From Lentisphaeria bacterium UBA2565 (GTDB lineage Bacteria; Verrucomicrobiota; Lentisphaeria; UBA2565): 47,796 nucleotides of DNA. How positions within the stretch are numbered: the first letter of the stretch is position 1; the number at the start of each line of letters is the position of its first letter. The position numbers and the translations under genes are program-made. The DNA lies in assembly GCA_002340265.1 (NCBI GenBank), contig DDLT01000235.1, positions 1-47,796 on the forward strand, read 5' to 3'. The notes under the pieces are model-generated. The model was not told the origin of the DNA. It did no database searches and saw only the letters and a list, made by a program, of their open reading frames with translations. Below are positions 1 to 8,777 of this stretch, piece after piece.

Positions 1-133
1 GACCTAAGTTGACGCTTACGTTATACGAGTCCTTATTTGCAGGACGAATCGCCTGCTGCACCTTAATCATCGCTTTAGCCAGTTCAGTAAACTCATCCGA
101 ACAAAGCAATTGACATTTCATCATCTCACACAT
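1..133 (-). CDS. hypothetical protein, N-terminal part only (gene runs off the left edge)
   Basis: ATG at 133 on the minus strand, preceded by GGAGG (plus 140-144) with a 6-nt spacer. The frame is open to position 1 and gives MCEMMKCQLLCSDEFTELAKAMIKVQQAIRPANKDSYNVSVNLG. The LAKAxxxxQxxIxxxxKD stretch faintly recalls N-termini of ERF/RecT-type annealing proteins, but 44 aa is too little to call. Confidence 0.5.
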   Translation of the reverse strand, partial: MCEMMKCQLLCSDEFTELAKAMIKVQQAIRPANKDSYNVSVNLG

Positions 134-505
134 CTAAAACCTCCAAGTTTAACAATTAATCAGCCAATCCAAGAAGGTGATATATATGTGAAATATTTTG
201 AAGAACATCTGATAGGTTTTTATTAGTGACGATATTTACTTAGCATTAGAAAGGATAGGTTTAGTAATTGAACTCTTCTTTACTTAAAGTATTTTAGAAC
301 CGGAAATGATGTGCAAGTTCTTATGCCATTTTTATGCCATCTAATGACTTGAGATGCCGTTATTATGACATTTTCGGTGAGTTTTGTTTTTTGTTTACCT
401 AGAGCTAAATTCGATACTTTTAAGTTCAATTGTTAACTTTTTTCATCATTTTTGAGCTTGATCCCTAGACTGTGAGTATACACCCCACCTCCACCAATAT
501 ATAAA

Positions 506-532
506 AGGCTGTCTTGTTTACCAAGATGGCCT
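506..532. terminator. hairpin flanked by T/A runs (bidirectional intrinsic terminator candidate)
   Basis: aggctgtcttg-tttac-caagatggcct forms an 11-bp stem with 2 G-U pairs. It is followed by ttttgcttttt on the plus strand and by ttttatatatt on the minus strand. Confidence 0.5.
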
Positions 533-550
533 TTTTGCTTTTTAGACAAT

Positions 551-581
551 AAAAAAGGCGACTCACAAAAGTGAATCGCCT
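551..581 (-). terminator. rho-independent terminator of tRNA-Leu
   Basis: Minus strand reads aggcgattcac-tttt-gtgagtcgcct followed by a T6 run, about 12 nt downstream of the tRNA CCA end. Confidence 0.7.
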
Positions 582-592
582 TTATAAAATAA

Positions 593-678
593 TGGTACCC
601 GGAGGGGGACTTGAACCCCCACGAACAATGTTCGGCAGATTTTAAGTCTGCTGCGTCTGCCAATTCCGCCATCCGGGC
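593..678 (-). tRNA. tRNA-Leu (anticodon UAA), CCA encoded
   Basis: Minus strand: GCCCGGA acceptor stem pairing with TCCGGGT, discriminator A, then CCA. The anticodon stem gcaga/tctgc carries loop CT-TAA-AA. A long variable arm (cgaacattgttcg) is typical of class II Leu tRNAs. T arm is gggggttcaagtccccc. Confidence 0.9.
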
Positions 679-799
679 AACAAAAAGCAAAGTTTTGAAT
701 GCTTAAAAAAGCCGGCATGTGTTGCACTTGCTCAGCTCGTTTGTATAGTAATCAGAGATTATTGTTTAGCAAGTAAATTTAACTCATTTTTGTGATTTT

Positions 800-1507
800 A
801 TGGAATGTAGACTTTCGAAGTTTTTAGCTCAATGTGGTGTCGCTTCACGCCGGGCTTCTGATGAACTTATTCAAGGCGGCGCGGTTAAGGTAAATGGTGA
901 AGTTGTGTTAACTCCTTTTACCAGAGTAAATAGCGATGTGGATGTAGTCGAGGTTAACGGGACTGTCTGTCGGTTTGAAGGTAAGAAAATCTATGTGATG
1001 TTGAACAAACCGCGTGGTTATGTCTGTACATCAAAGGATAAGTTCGCCGACAAGTTGGCGCTTGATCTGATTGATGTGCCGGAGCGCCTCTTCTCTGTTG
1101 GTCGCCTAGATAAGAATAGTGAGGGTTTGATTCTTTTCACTAATGACGGTGATTTTGCCCAGCGAATCGGACACCCTTCCTATTCGGTTCGGAAAAAGTA
1201 CTATGTAACAATTGACGGTTCTTTTTCCCGTGAAGACGGATTGACTCTAGAAAAGGGTATTGTTGATGAGGGAGAACGACTAAAGGCGGTATCGGTAAAA
1301 CCCCTTAAAAAGTCGAAGCGTTCGGATCGACAGGTCTTGGAATTTGTCCTGAATGAAGGAAAGAATCGGGAGATTCGCCGTATGTGTCGACATCTTGGTT
1401 GGCATGTAAAACGTCTTGAACGGGTAGAGATCGGTTCTTTGACTTTGGGAAAGCTCGCCACAGGTAGTTGGCGCGAATTGACAGCAAAGGAAGTCGCTCA
1501 GTTTTAA
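800..1507 (+). CDS. pseudouridine synthase, RsuA/RluB family (S4 domain + catalytic domain)
   Basis: N-terminal S4 motif RLSKFLAQCGVASRRASDELI and catalytic GRLDKNSEGLILFTNDG motif. Length 235 aa. Confidence 0.9.
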   Translation: MECRLSKFLAQCGVASRRASDELIQGGAVKVNGEVVLTPFTRVNSDVDVVEVNGTVCRFEGKKIYVMLNKPRGYVCTSKDKFADKLALDLIDVPERLFSVGRLDKNSEGLILFTNDGDFAQRIGHPSYSVRKKYYVTIDGSFSREDGLTLEKGIVDEGERLKAVSVKPLKKSKRSDRQVLEFVLNEGKNREIRRMCRHLGWHVKRLERVEIGSLTLGKLATGSWRELTAKEVAQF

Positions 1508-1704
1508 GTTAGTTGACTGGTTGGTTCGTTGGTTAGTTCGTTAGGAAGAACTTTGGCTGAACGGTCGTTGAACTGTAGAATAACTGATGTGCCGAGCAGG
1601 AGCTCGGCGTTCCCAGATTCGTAGTAAGACGATAGTGGTTAGAGGAGAGAAGTTGTTAGCTCTATATCCTCTTGCTCCTATCTCCTCACTTCGTGCAACT
1701 TGTG

Positions 1705-1742
1705 TAAAAACAAAAAGCCCGGTGGAGATTTCCAACCGGGCT
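1705..1742 (-). terminator. intrinsic terminator downstream of map (may also serve convergent 800-1507)
   Basis: agcccggt...accgggct hairpin (1716-1742). On the minus strand it is followed by tttttgttttt (1705-1715). Confidence 0.65.
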
Positions 1743-1808
1743 TTGATAAGCTTTCGACAATTGTTAAACAATGGTTCTGCTATGGTTTAACCATCGTTCC
1801 GCTATTGT

Positions 1809-2699
1809 TTACGGAAGTGTGAGGATTTCGGCACCTTTTTCGGTGACTAGAATCGTGTGCTCGAACTGGGCACTTGGCAACTTGTCTTTTGTTGTCGCTG
1901 TCCAGTTATCTTCCCAGATCTCTTCTTTATATGTCCCCATGTTGATCATCGGTTCGATTGTGAAGATCATCCCCGCTTTCAACACTTTCTTTTCACGTGC
2001 ATCGTAGTAGTGCGGAATGTAAAGCGAGTTGTGGAACTCTTCGCCGATTCCGTGCCCGCAGAACGCTTCTACCACACTGTAACCTTTCGGTTTTACAGTC
2101 TTTTCGATTGCGCGTCCGATATCACGAACTCTTGCGCCCGGTTTTACGACTTTGATCGCATTCTCTAAAGATTTACGGGTAGCTTCAACTAGCTTCTGAA
2201 CCGATTCCGGTACGTCGCCGACTAGAACTGTGGCGTTGGTGTCACCGTGAACACCATCTTTGAAGATAGTGACATCGATATTTACAATGTCGCCGTTTTT
2301 CAGTTTTGTGCTATCTGGAATACCGTGGCAAATCACTTCATTTACACTAGTGCAGACGCTTTTCGGATAACCATGGTAGTTAAGTGGACTTGGATAACCG
2401 CCTTCGGCAATGCAGGCGTTGTGAGCAATTTCATCAAGTTCATCAGTTGTGATGCCTTCGCGAACAGCCGCCATGGTTTTCTGCAACACTCTTGCCGCCG
2501 CTTTACAGGTGGAGCGCATTCTTTCAATGACGTCTTCCGAACAGATTACCGGTGTGCGTGAAATCGCAGGCGGTTGTCCTGTATCGGCGTACGAAGGTTT
2601 TTGGATAAACGGAGGAACTACACGAGTCGGACTTAAAATACCTTTAGTTACAGGTTCGATTGTCAGCCCATATTTATTGTCAGAATAATTTTTAGCCAT
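1809..2699 (-). CDS. map: type I methionine aminopeptidase with N-terminal extension
   Basis: 296 aa with a pita-bread fold signature: VCHGIP, DIVNIDVT, GHGIG, FTIEPM, QFEHT metal-ligand blocks. Confidence 0.95.
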   Translation of the reverse strand: MAKNYSDNKYGLTIEPVTKGILSPTRVVPPFIQKPSYADTGQPPAISRTPVICSEDVIERMRSTCKAAARVLQKTMAAVREGITTDELDEIAHNACIAEGGYPSPLNYHGYPKSVCTSVNEVICHGIPDSTKLKNGDIVNIDVTIFKDGVHGDTNATVLVGDVPESVQKLVEATRKSLENAIKVVKPGARVRDIGRAIEKTVKPKGYSVVEAFCGHGIGEEFHNSLYIPHYYDAREKKVLKAGMIFTIEPMINMGTYKEEIWEDNWTATTKDKLPSAQFEHTILVTEKGAEILTLP

Positions 2700-3687
2700 G
2701 GTTGATTATCTTTAGTACGTTAATTGTTAAAAAAGTCAGATAGAGCAGGGTGAATACGATCCCGTGCCAGCGTTTCAGCATCCATTTCATTCGCATGAAA
2801 ATCACGGTTAAACCTCCCGAAAGAAGCATGAATGGAATTAGAAATGTACTTGTTTCCGTATCAATCGGCATTGGTTTAATCGCAATTGTCAGACCCATTA
2901 CCAGTAGAATGTTGAAGATACAGCTTCCCACAATGTTACCGATGACGATGTCCGGCTTCGATTTTTTCAATCCGGCAAACGAGACGGCCACTTCCGGCAG
3001 AGATGTTCCGATCGCAATGATGGTTGCCGAGATAATACTTTTAGGAATTGAGAACTTTTCGGCTGTCCAGACGATGTTATCCACCATCATTTTTGCACCG
3101 AACGAGATCAGGAAGATTGTTGCAAGCAGCCACAAAAGCGCTTTCGGCATCGAGTCGATTGTAAAGAATCCGCTCTTCTCTTTCTCCTCCTCTTCTTCAT
3201 GAAGCGGTGGTGCTGAGTCGGCATGTTTTACCAGAAAATAGATATATCCCACACACCAGGAGATTAGAAGAACACCAGTCCAGCGGGGCAAGGTGTCGCC
3301 GATTAGGTAGATAAATCCGGCAAACACGGCAAAAACTGCCGCCATCATCAGCCCGTCACGATGAAAGATGGTTTTGCTGATGGGAAAGTCTTTGATGAGA
3401 ATAATCACTCCCAGCGCCAGAAGAATGTTGGTGATGTTGCTGCCGACGGCATTACCGATGGCAATTCCGGAACTTCCACTCAGCGAGGAATAGACGTTGG
3501 TGGCAAGTTCCGGTAGTGATGTCCCGATACTGACAAGGGTCAAACCGATAACGATTTCGGAAATGTGAAAGAATTCGGCGACAAACACAGACGCGTCGAC
3601 GAACTTATCGCTGCTTTTGCTGAGAATATAAAGTCCCAGAAGAAACAGCAGAATATTTATAGAAAGGCTATCGGTAAAAAGTTCCAT
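2692..3687 (-). CDS. Ca2+/cation antiporter (CaCA / YrbG-type Na+/Ca2+ exchanger) membrane protein
   Basis: 331 aa and polytopic. It has two alpha-repeat motifs, GTSLPELATNV and GTSLPEVAVSF, each followed by GNxVGSN. It overlaps map by 8 nt and abuts rsfS. Confidence 0.85.
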   Translation of the reverse strand: MELFTDSLSINILLFLLGLYILSKSSDKFVDASVFVAEFFHISEIVIGLTLVSIGTSLPELATNVYSSLSGSSGIAIGNAVGSNITNILLALGVIILIKDFPISKTIFHRDGLMMAAVFAVFAGFIYLIGDTLPRWTGVLLISWCVGYIYFLVKHADSAPPLHEEEEEKEKSGFFTIDSMPKALLWLLATIFLISFGAKMMVDNIVWTAEKFSIPKSIISATIIAIGTSLPEVAVSFAGLKKSKPDIVIGNIVGSCIFNILLVMGLTIAIKPMPIDTETSTFLIPFMLLSGGLTVIFMRMKWMLKRWHGIVFTLLYLTFLTINVLKIINHG

Positions 3688-3688
3688 A

Positions 3689-4093
3689 CTATTCAGAATC
3701 TTCTGTTTCTGTCACTTCAGGATAAATCTGTGTACCTTGCTCAAGCAGTTCTTCCATACGGTACTTCTGGCGTCCTTCGGGGTGGAAGATGTGAACGATC
3801 ACGTTTGGATAGTCCATTAGAATCCACTGACTTTCCGCTTTTCCGTCTGTACCTTTTGGCATTAGCTGAAGCTGTTCTTTCAACGCTTTGCCAATGTGAT
3901 TTGCAACCGCTTTAATGTGCGGCTCAGAAAAACCTGTACAAAGCACGTGGTAATCCGCAATTGCCGATTTGTTACCAAGATAATAGATAATTACATCTTC
4001 GGCTTTACGGTCTTCAGCAGTTTGTGCAGCTAGAAAAGCAGCCTTTTTTGTTAGTTCTTGAAACTCTTGCGCTTCTTTTTCGTCAATTCTCAC
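3689..4093 (-). CDS. rsfS: ribosome silencing factor RsfS (iojap family)
   Basis: 134 aa with DYHVLCTG, WILMDYPNVIVHIF and RQKYRMEELL blocks typical of RsfS. Confidence 0.9.
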   Translation of the reverse strand: MRIDEKEAQEFQELTKKAAFLAAQTAEDRKAEDVIIYYLGNKSAIADYHVLCTGFSEPHIKAVANHIGKALKEQLQLMPKGTDGKAESQWILMDYPNVIVHIFHPEGRQKYRMEELLEQGTQIYPEVTETEDSE

Positions 4094-4226
4094 TTTTACC
4101 TCAAAAATTTAATATGTTATTTAATTTGATTGCATAGTCTTTTACGTTCGGTAACTTACAAGCATAATCTTGTATGTCTAGCAGTCGCTTAACCGAATCA
4201 TTTTTAATCCTAATTAACTATCATAA

Positions 4227-5333
4227 ATGTCATTTCGTATACAAAAATATCTTAAGAAAAAAGCGTTTCTCAAACCTTTAGAAACTCTGTCCGAAAAGTC
4301 GCAATTTGAAGTGGCGGTGGTGATTCCCGTACTTGCTGAACTGGCACATTTGCCTCAAACTCTTCAATCTCTGCAAAAGGTGAGGGGAGATTTTGCGGTG
4401 ATTCTTGTCATTAACAATCGACTTAGTGCATCGACTCACCAAAAACAAGATAATCTGCAGACGCTTGAACAGTTGCGTAGCGGCGAACTGTCGATACCGA
4501 ATCTCTTTTGGATTGATTGTGCGTCGACGGGTAATGAGTTTTCCGAAAAAATGGGCGTTGGTTTAGCGCGACGTATCGGAATGGACTCTGCGTTGACAAT
4601 TTTATCAGAGAATGGATTTATTACAGCTCTCGATGCCGACACTTTGGTAGAACCGGATTATCTGGAACAGCTGAAAGCGACGCTTTGTGAACCCATTTCT
4701 GCCGGATACTTTCGTTTTCAGCATCAAAAGGCTGAAAATGCGGCACTTCAACATGCCATCGATTCGTACGAAGAGTATCTGCATCATTATGTGGAAGGTT
4801 TACAACTTGCCGGTTCACCTTACGCCTACCATTCAATTGGTTCAACCATGGCGGCAACCGCCGAAGCCTATGTATTGGCGGACGGCATTCCGGTAAAACG
4901 TCTTGCCGGAGAAGATTTCTATTTTCTGCAAAACGTTGCAAAGAGTTGTCGAATCGTTGAAATTCCGTCGACCGTTTATCCTTCAGCCCGCGTGTCCACC
5001 CGAACACCGTTTGGTACCGGACAACGTATGATTGAATACAAAGAGGGACGAAGTGGTGAACAACTCTTTTCAAAGTCCGCCTTCGAAAAGCTCGGTGAAT
5101 TTCTGAAAACAGTTGAACAACACATTGAGTCAGAAAACTGTGGATTTATTAATGAAATTCACAGCGATGTCCTTCACAAACAGTTAGATGAGTGCGGCTT
5201 TCAGTCAGTTTGGTCCAAGATCCAGTTAAACTACAAAAGCTCGGCAAACAAACTAAAAGCCTTTCACCGTTGGTTCGATGCATTGAAAACATTGAAACTG
5301 ATTAAAGGCTTGTCAGCTTTTGAACAGTTGTAG
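4227..5333 (+). CDS. GT-A fold (family 2-like) glycosyltransferase
   Basis: 368 aa. VAVVIPVLAE N-terminal strand, LDADT (DxD) motif, AGEDFYFLQ block. The family assignment rests on motif recognition only. Confidence 0.6.
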   Translation: MSFRIQKYLKKKAFLKPLETLSEKSQFEVAVVIPVLAELAHLPQTLQSLQKVRGDFAVILVINNRLSASTHQKQDNLQTLEQLRSGELSIPNLFWIDCASTGNEFSEKMGVGLARRIGMDSALTILSENGFITALDADTLVEPDYLEQLKATLCEPISAGYFRFQHQKAENAALQHAIDSYEEYLHHYVEGLQLAGSPYAYHSIGSTMAATAEAYVLADGIPVKRLAGEDFYFLQNVAKSCRIVEIPSTVYPSARVSTRTPFGTGQRMIEYKEGRSGEQLFSKSAFEKLGEFLKTVEQHIESENCGFINEIHSDVLHKQLDECGFQSVWSKIQLNYKSSANKLKAFHRWFDALKTLKLIKGLSAFEQL

Positions 5334-5345
5334 GACAGTTGTTTT

Positions 5346-5431
5346 TTTTGGATTGCGGGGAGGATTGCCGCTTTCTGAGAATCGTCAGTTTGTATTCGAT
5401 TAGCCTCACGCAGAGACGCTGAGTCGCAGTG
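5346..5431 (+). repeat. hairpin-containing intergenic repeat, copy A
   Basis: 5361-5411 is identical over 51 nt to 8640-8690. Flanking similarity extends to about 85 nt. It contains the gcgg..ccgc hairpin followed by tttctgagaatcgtcag. Confidence 0.85.
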
Positions 5432-5437
5432 GAATGA

Positions 5438-6994
5438 TTACTCTTTCTCCTTTAAACGCTTTATCGCCTTTTCTAGGTTCTCGATGACCCCTTCATTTAT
5501 TTCTTTTCTATCTTTGATAGTCTTTTCAAACCTTAGCTGTTTTTCCAGCAGAGGTATATCCTCTCTTGTCCCAATTGACTCTGCAAATGCTTCTGCACAC
5601 TCTTCTCGAATATAATGATATTTATCTGACAAACCTTTAACTAGAAAAGTATAGGCATCTTCTTTATTTAGGTAATCCCAGAATGAATAACCATCATTGC
5701 GAATGTCTTTGTTGTGGTGTTGCATTGCTTCTTTGATTAAGGTGACTACTTTGGGATTCTCTTTATCCATGAAACAAAAATAGTTATAAAAGTTTGTACC
5801 AAATGAGTCATGTTTAAATTCAGGCTCTAGCTCTAGTTTTATCCTTTTCATTATCAATTCATTTTCTCTTGGCGATTTATATTTATGAATGACCCAAGCT
5901 CCAAAATGTTGATCGAGACTAGTTTCTAGGAATCGTTTCTCGATGAGTGTCAAGACTCGTTGATCTTTAAAACCTTGATCATGCAGTTTATAAATAACTT
6001 GGCACAGGCTACGCCAGTCACCATGTTCGTCTGTAGTAGTGGGTGCCAGTTCAACAACTCTATCGAAAATATATTTTGCAGCCTTTTCATTTAATGGGAC
6101 ATCGACTTTGGGTTCGTTGCCAAAACCAGAGTCATCGTCTGAACCATTTACAACTGCTTTCATCCAGTCAATTGTTCCTTTTACTAGTATCTCTTCAGAT
6201 TGAAACCATTCAGGATTAATAAACTCCAGCTTTCCGTTGACGAAATCAATGATTTCAGTCTCTTTAAATTTATTACGACTCCACTCATAAGACGCTGTTT
6301 TAACAAACTTTAGCTGATCTTTAGTTCTCTCAGTTGGCTTACCCATAAGTTTAATTACGTCATTTTGAGTCATTCCTTTTTCAAAAGATAAACTCCCGGA
6401 GTTTCCTGCCAATTCTTTGAGCTTTTTCGTGTCAGCTTTTGTCCCTTTCTTTAGCTTCACAGACAGCATTAAATTGAGATACAGTTCACTCGGAATCAGT
6501 TCGTGAGTCCATTGAGTAAAAACTAAATAGCCACCTTTAAGAATTTCAATAGCTTTGAAATCTCCATGCTTCAAGAAGCTCAGTTTATATAAAGAGTTAT
6601 TATGAAAAAGGTATTTTAAGTAAACAATACGACCGCATGCACAATACCAATCAGGAAAACCTTCACTTTTGGAAAGAGATAAGCTGAGGTAAATTTCATC
6701 CTCAATCATCAGCATGTAGTCGCTATCCTCTTTCTTTAGTTTGATAAATTCACTGTCTGGGTATTTGAAGGAGATAAATTCGTCTTCATAGGTTTTCCAG
6801 TTATTGAACGAAAATTGTTTGGCCGCTTCAATTGCCTTTGGATTTTTAATGCCACCTAATCGCTTATTATAATACTTTGGACGTTCTGTCTTTTTGACAA
6901 GCTGAATCTCTTCTTTCAGTTTACTGAAGTCTTTGATCTGCTCTGCTTCGATAAACAGTGAGCTAAGCAGTAGTACAAGTGTAGCTTTAAGCAT
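5438..6994 (-). CDS. secreted hypothetical protein with C-terminal HEAT/armadillo-like repeats
   Basis: 518 aa. Signal-peptide-like N-terminus MLKATLVLLLSSLFIEAE, with SD aagggga upstream. C-terminal helical repeats (KDIRNDGYSFW..., YIREECAEAFAESIGTREDIPLLEKQL) resemble HEAT repeats. A+T-rich. Confidence 0.7.
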   Translation of the reverse strand: MLKATLVLLLSSLFIEAEQIKDFSKLKEEIQLVKKTERPKYYNKRLGGIKNPKAIEAAKQFSFNNWKTYEDEFISFKYPDSEFIKLKKEDSDYMLMIEDEIYLSLSLSKSEGFPDWYCACGRIVYLKYLFHNNSLYKLSFLKHGDFKAIEILKGGYLVFTQWTHELIPSELYLNLMLSVKLKKGTKADTKKLKELAGNSGSLSFEKGMTQNDVIKLMGKPTERTKDQLKFVKTASYEWSRNKFKETEIIDFVNGKLEFINPEWFQSEEILVKGTIDWMKAVVNGSDDDSGFGNEPKVDVPLNEKAAKYIFDRVVELAPTTTDEHGDWRSLCQVIYKLHDQGFKDQRVLTLIEKRFLETSLDQHFGAWVIHKYKSPRENELIMKRIKLELEPEFKHDSFGTNFYNYFCFMDKENPKVVTLIKEAMQHHNKDIRNDGYSFWDYLNKEDAYTFLVKGLSDKYHYIREECAEAFAESIGTREDIPLLEKQLRFEKTIKDRKEINEGVIENLEKAIKRLKEKE

Positions 6995-7093
6995 AATGTG
7001 TCCCCTTGATGATTATTGTTCGCTCTAAAGTAGACGGAAGAGTTGTAATTTCAATTTTTCCCTCTCAAGAGAAAATGATAGATGATTGCTCGT

Positions 7094-7109
7094 AAGCGAT
7101 GTATCGCTT
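7094..7109. promoter_or_regulatory. inverted repeat AAGCGAT-gt-ATCGCTT in a divergent promoter region
   Basis: Perfect 7-bp arms, located 28 bp to the left of the 17-nt island motif. Confidence 0.4.
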
Positions 7110-7136
7110 GACTGTGAGTTACAAAAATTGATTGTG

Positions 7137-7153
7137 ATTGAGGGAAGTCTGAC
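7137..7153 (+). promoter_or_regulatory. single copy of the island motif ATTGAGGGAAGTCTGAC
   Basis: Exact 17/17 match to the central units of the 21-bp tandem array at 12413-12475, in the same orientation. It lies about 130 bp upstream of the 7285 start. Confidence 0.6.
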
Positions 7154-7284
7154 AGCGGGGGCGTTAATAAAATTTTTTATTACGGTTTTCTTATTATAAA
7201 ATTGAACTATTTTGGAAAGTAAAACAAACATTATCAAGCTGTATTTGCAATTTTAAATCGTTTGACCGTAAGGTTCGTCATAGA

Positions 7285-7767
7285 ATGAATTTAGATCAGA
7301 TAGAACATAAAGAGAATCTCTACGTTTATTTTGCTGCGGATGCGCTGAAGTTACATACAGGTGAGTCTCCCAACCTTGAGGGACTTCTATTTCTTCTAAC
7401 TACTGGCGATGTCAGCCAAAAAATAAAGCTAAAAGATCAATTCCTTGCCTCGTCTATGGCCTCATATTGGAAAAGTGAATTAGAACACTTTCAAGTCAGT
7501 TACGATATGTGGCTAGACTCCTTTGATATTTCGCTTTCCAAATACCAGAAAAGTAAATTGAACCATCTTGATGCAGTTAAAAGCATGAGGATTGACAAAG
7601 CCAAGAAAGAGGAACTTATCTACCTACTATTTAATCTAAACTTAGTTCGAAATAATGAAGTTCCCATCTTAAATCATCCCAAAAAATTAGTTAAGGCCTT
7701 TCTGAATGATTCCAAAAAAGAAATTGCCAAACTACAACATGAAACTTTGGAGCTATTGAATTCATGA
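7285..7767 (+). CDS. hypothetical protein translationally coupled to Fic
   Basis: 160 aa. The stop overlaps the fic ATG (ATGA at 7764-7767). No recognisable family. Contains SPNLEG, which fits the [ST]xxxE[GN] pattern. Confidence 0.65.
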   Translation: MNLDQIEHKENLYVYFAADALKLHTGESPNLEGLLFLLTTGDVSQKIKLKDQFLASSMASYWKSELEHFQVSYDMWLDSFDISLSKYQKSKLNHLDAVKSMRIDKAKKEELIYLLFNLNLVRNNEVPILNHPKKLVKAFLNDSKKEIAKLQHETLELLNS

Positions 7768-8543
7768 AGTTTTTGGAGAAATACCCCAAGGACGTCAGAA
7801 CTGCTATCTTTGACGAAATTAAGCTGAAATGGACATTTCACTCGACTGGTTTGGAGGGCAATACCCTTACTTTAGGAGAGACCAAAGATGTAATTGCCGG
7901 AATGACTATTTCCGGGCATAGTTTGGTGGAACATAAAGAAGTTTATGAGCACGTACGGGCGATTGATCTTGTTAGCGAACTTCTTGATCAAGGTGGAAAA
8001 ATATCTCTCGACTACTTAAACCGACTCAATCATGCGGTTATGGATAAATTGACTGTCGATGTGATGGCACCTGTAGGTGAACTGAAATGTCAGGACAATG
8101 GTTGTCAGGTTTTTGTTGACGGTAGGCTTAAATGGATTCAATATTCACCAGTTGAGGTTACCGAACCTTTAATGAGAAAATGGATAAAGTTGTTCAATGG
8201 GGCAAATGTAAACTCATTTGATGACGCTATAAAACTGTTCGCTCAATTACACATAAGCTTTACTTCCATTCACCCTTATGCCGATGGTAATGGACGAATG
8301 GCTCGACTCCTTTCAAATATACCAGTTTTACTTGCTGGCTACCCACCTATCATTTTAAGCAGGGAAAACAAAGAGGAATATATTAGCATTCTTTCTCAAT
8401 ACTGCCGCAATGGCGGAATTCCCAATCATACGAATGATGAATTGGTAATGCTTGGCGAAGAGTTTGATAAGTTTGAGATTTTTGTAAAAAAAGAGTCTCA
8501 AGCGGTTTACGAGCTTCTATCTAAATACGAAAAACCGCAGTAA
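7764..8543 (+). CDS. Fic/Fido domain protein (putative AMPylase), class II-like
   Basis: Fic active-site motif HPYADGNGRMAR (HxFx[DE]GNGRxxR with F to Y). N-terminal HSTGLEGNTLTL matches the inhibitory [ST]xxxE[GN] helix. 259 aa. Confidence 0.9.
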   Translation: MKFLEKYPKDVRTAIFDEIKLKWTFHSTGLEGNTLTLGETKDVIAGMTISGHSLVEHKEVYEHVRAIDLVSELLDQGGKISLDYLNRLNHAVMDKLTVDVMAPVGELKCQDNGCQVFVDGRLKWIQYSPVEVTEPLMRKWIKLFNGANVNSFDDAIKLFAQLHISFTSIHPYADGNGRMARLLSNIPVLLAGYPPIILSRENKEEYISILSQYCRNGGIPNHTNDELVMLGEEFDKFEIFVKKESQAVYELLSKYEKPQ

Positions 8544-8561
8544 CTGTCTCTTTTGGCGGAA

Positions 8562-8754
8562 TTATGAAGTGCGGTGAGAATTGCCGCTTTCAAAACCGCA
8601 GATTAGGCAGATGGAGCAAATGTTTTATGGAGTGCGGCGAGGATTGCCGCTTTCTGAGAATCGTCAGTTTGTATTCGATTAGCCTCACGCTGAGTACGCA
8701 GGGGATGAATTTTATGTCGTGAAGCTTTGGAGTGCTGTGAGCATCACAGCTTTC
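8562..8754 (+). repeat. three tandem hairpin-core repeats including copy B of the long repeat
   Basis: Cores are at 8562-8591 (ttatgaagtgcggtgagaattgccgctttc), 8625-8654 (ttatggagtgcggcgaggattgccgctttc) and 8725-8754 (ctttggagtgctgtgagcatcacagctttc). 8640-8690 is identical to 5361-5411. Confidence 0.8.
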
Positions 8755-8777
8755 GGATATTTGGAATAAAACTAAAA

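Noticed and set aside
433-690. 85-aa minus-strand ORF
   Set aside because: It overlaps the whole tRNA-Leu gene and both of its terminators. It is an artefact of an open frame across structural RNA.
1541-2007. Small ORFs (67-78 aa) between the pseudouridine synthase and map
   Set aside because: They overlap a hairpin repeat, the terminator or the map coding region. They have no SD and no recognisable sequence.
2750-5073. Antisense ORFs 2750-3202 (150 aa) and 4621-5073 (150 aa)
   Set aside because: They lie opposite the CaCA exchanger and the GT-A glycosyltransferase respectively. They have no motifs and no ribosome-binding sites.
7025-7237. 70-aa minus-strand ORF in the divergent promoter region
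   Set aside because: It is A+T-rich and low-complexity, covers the inverted repeat and the 17-nt motif, and has no ribosome-binding site. The region is better explained as regulatory DNA.
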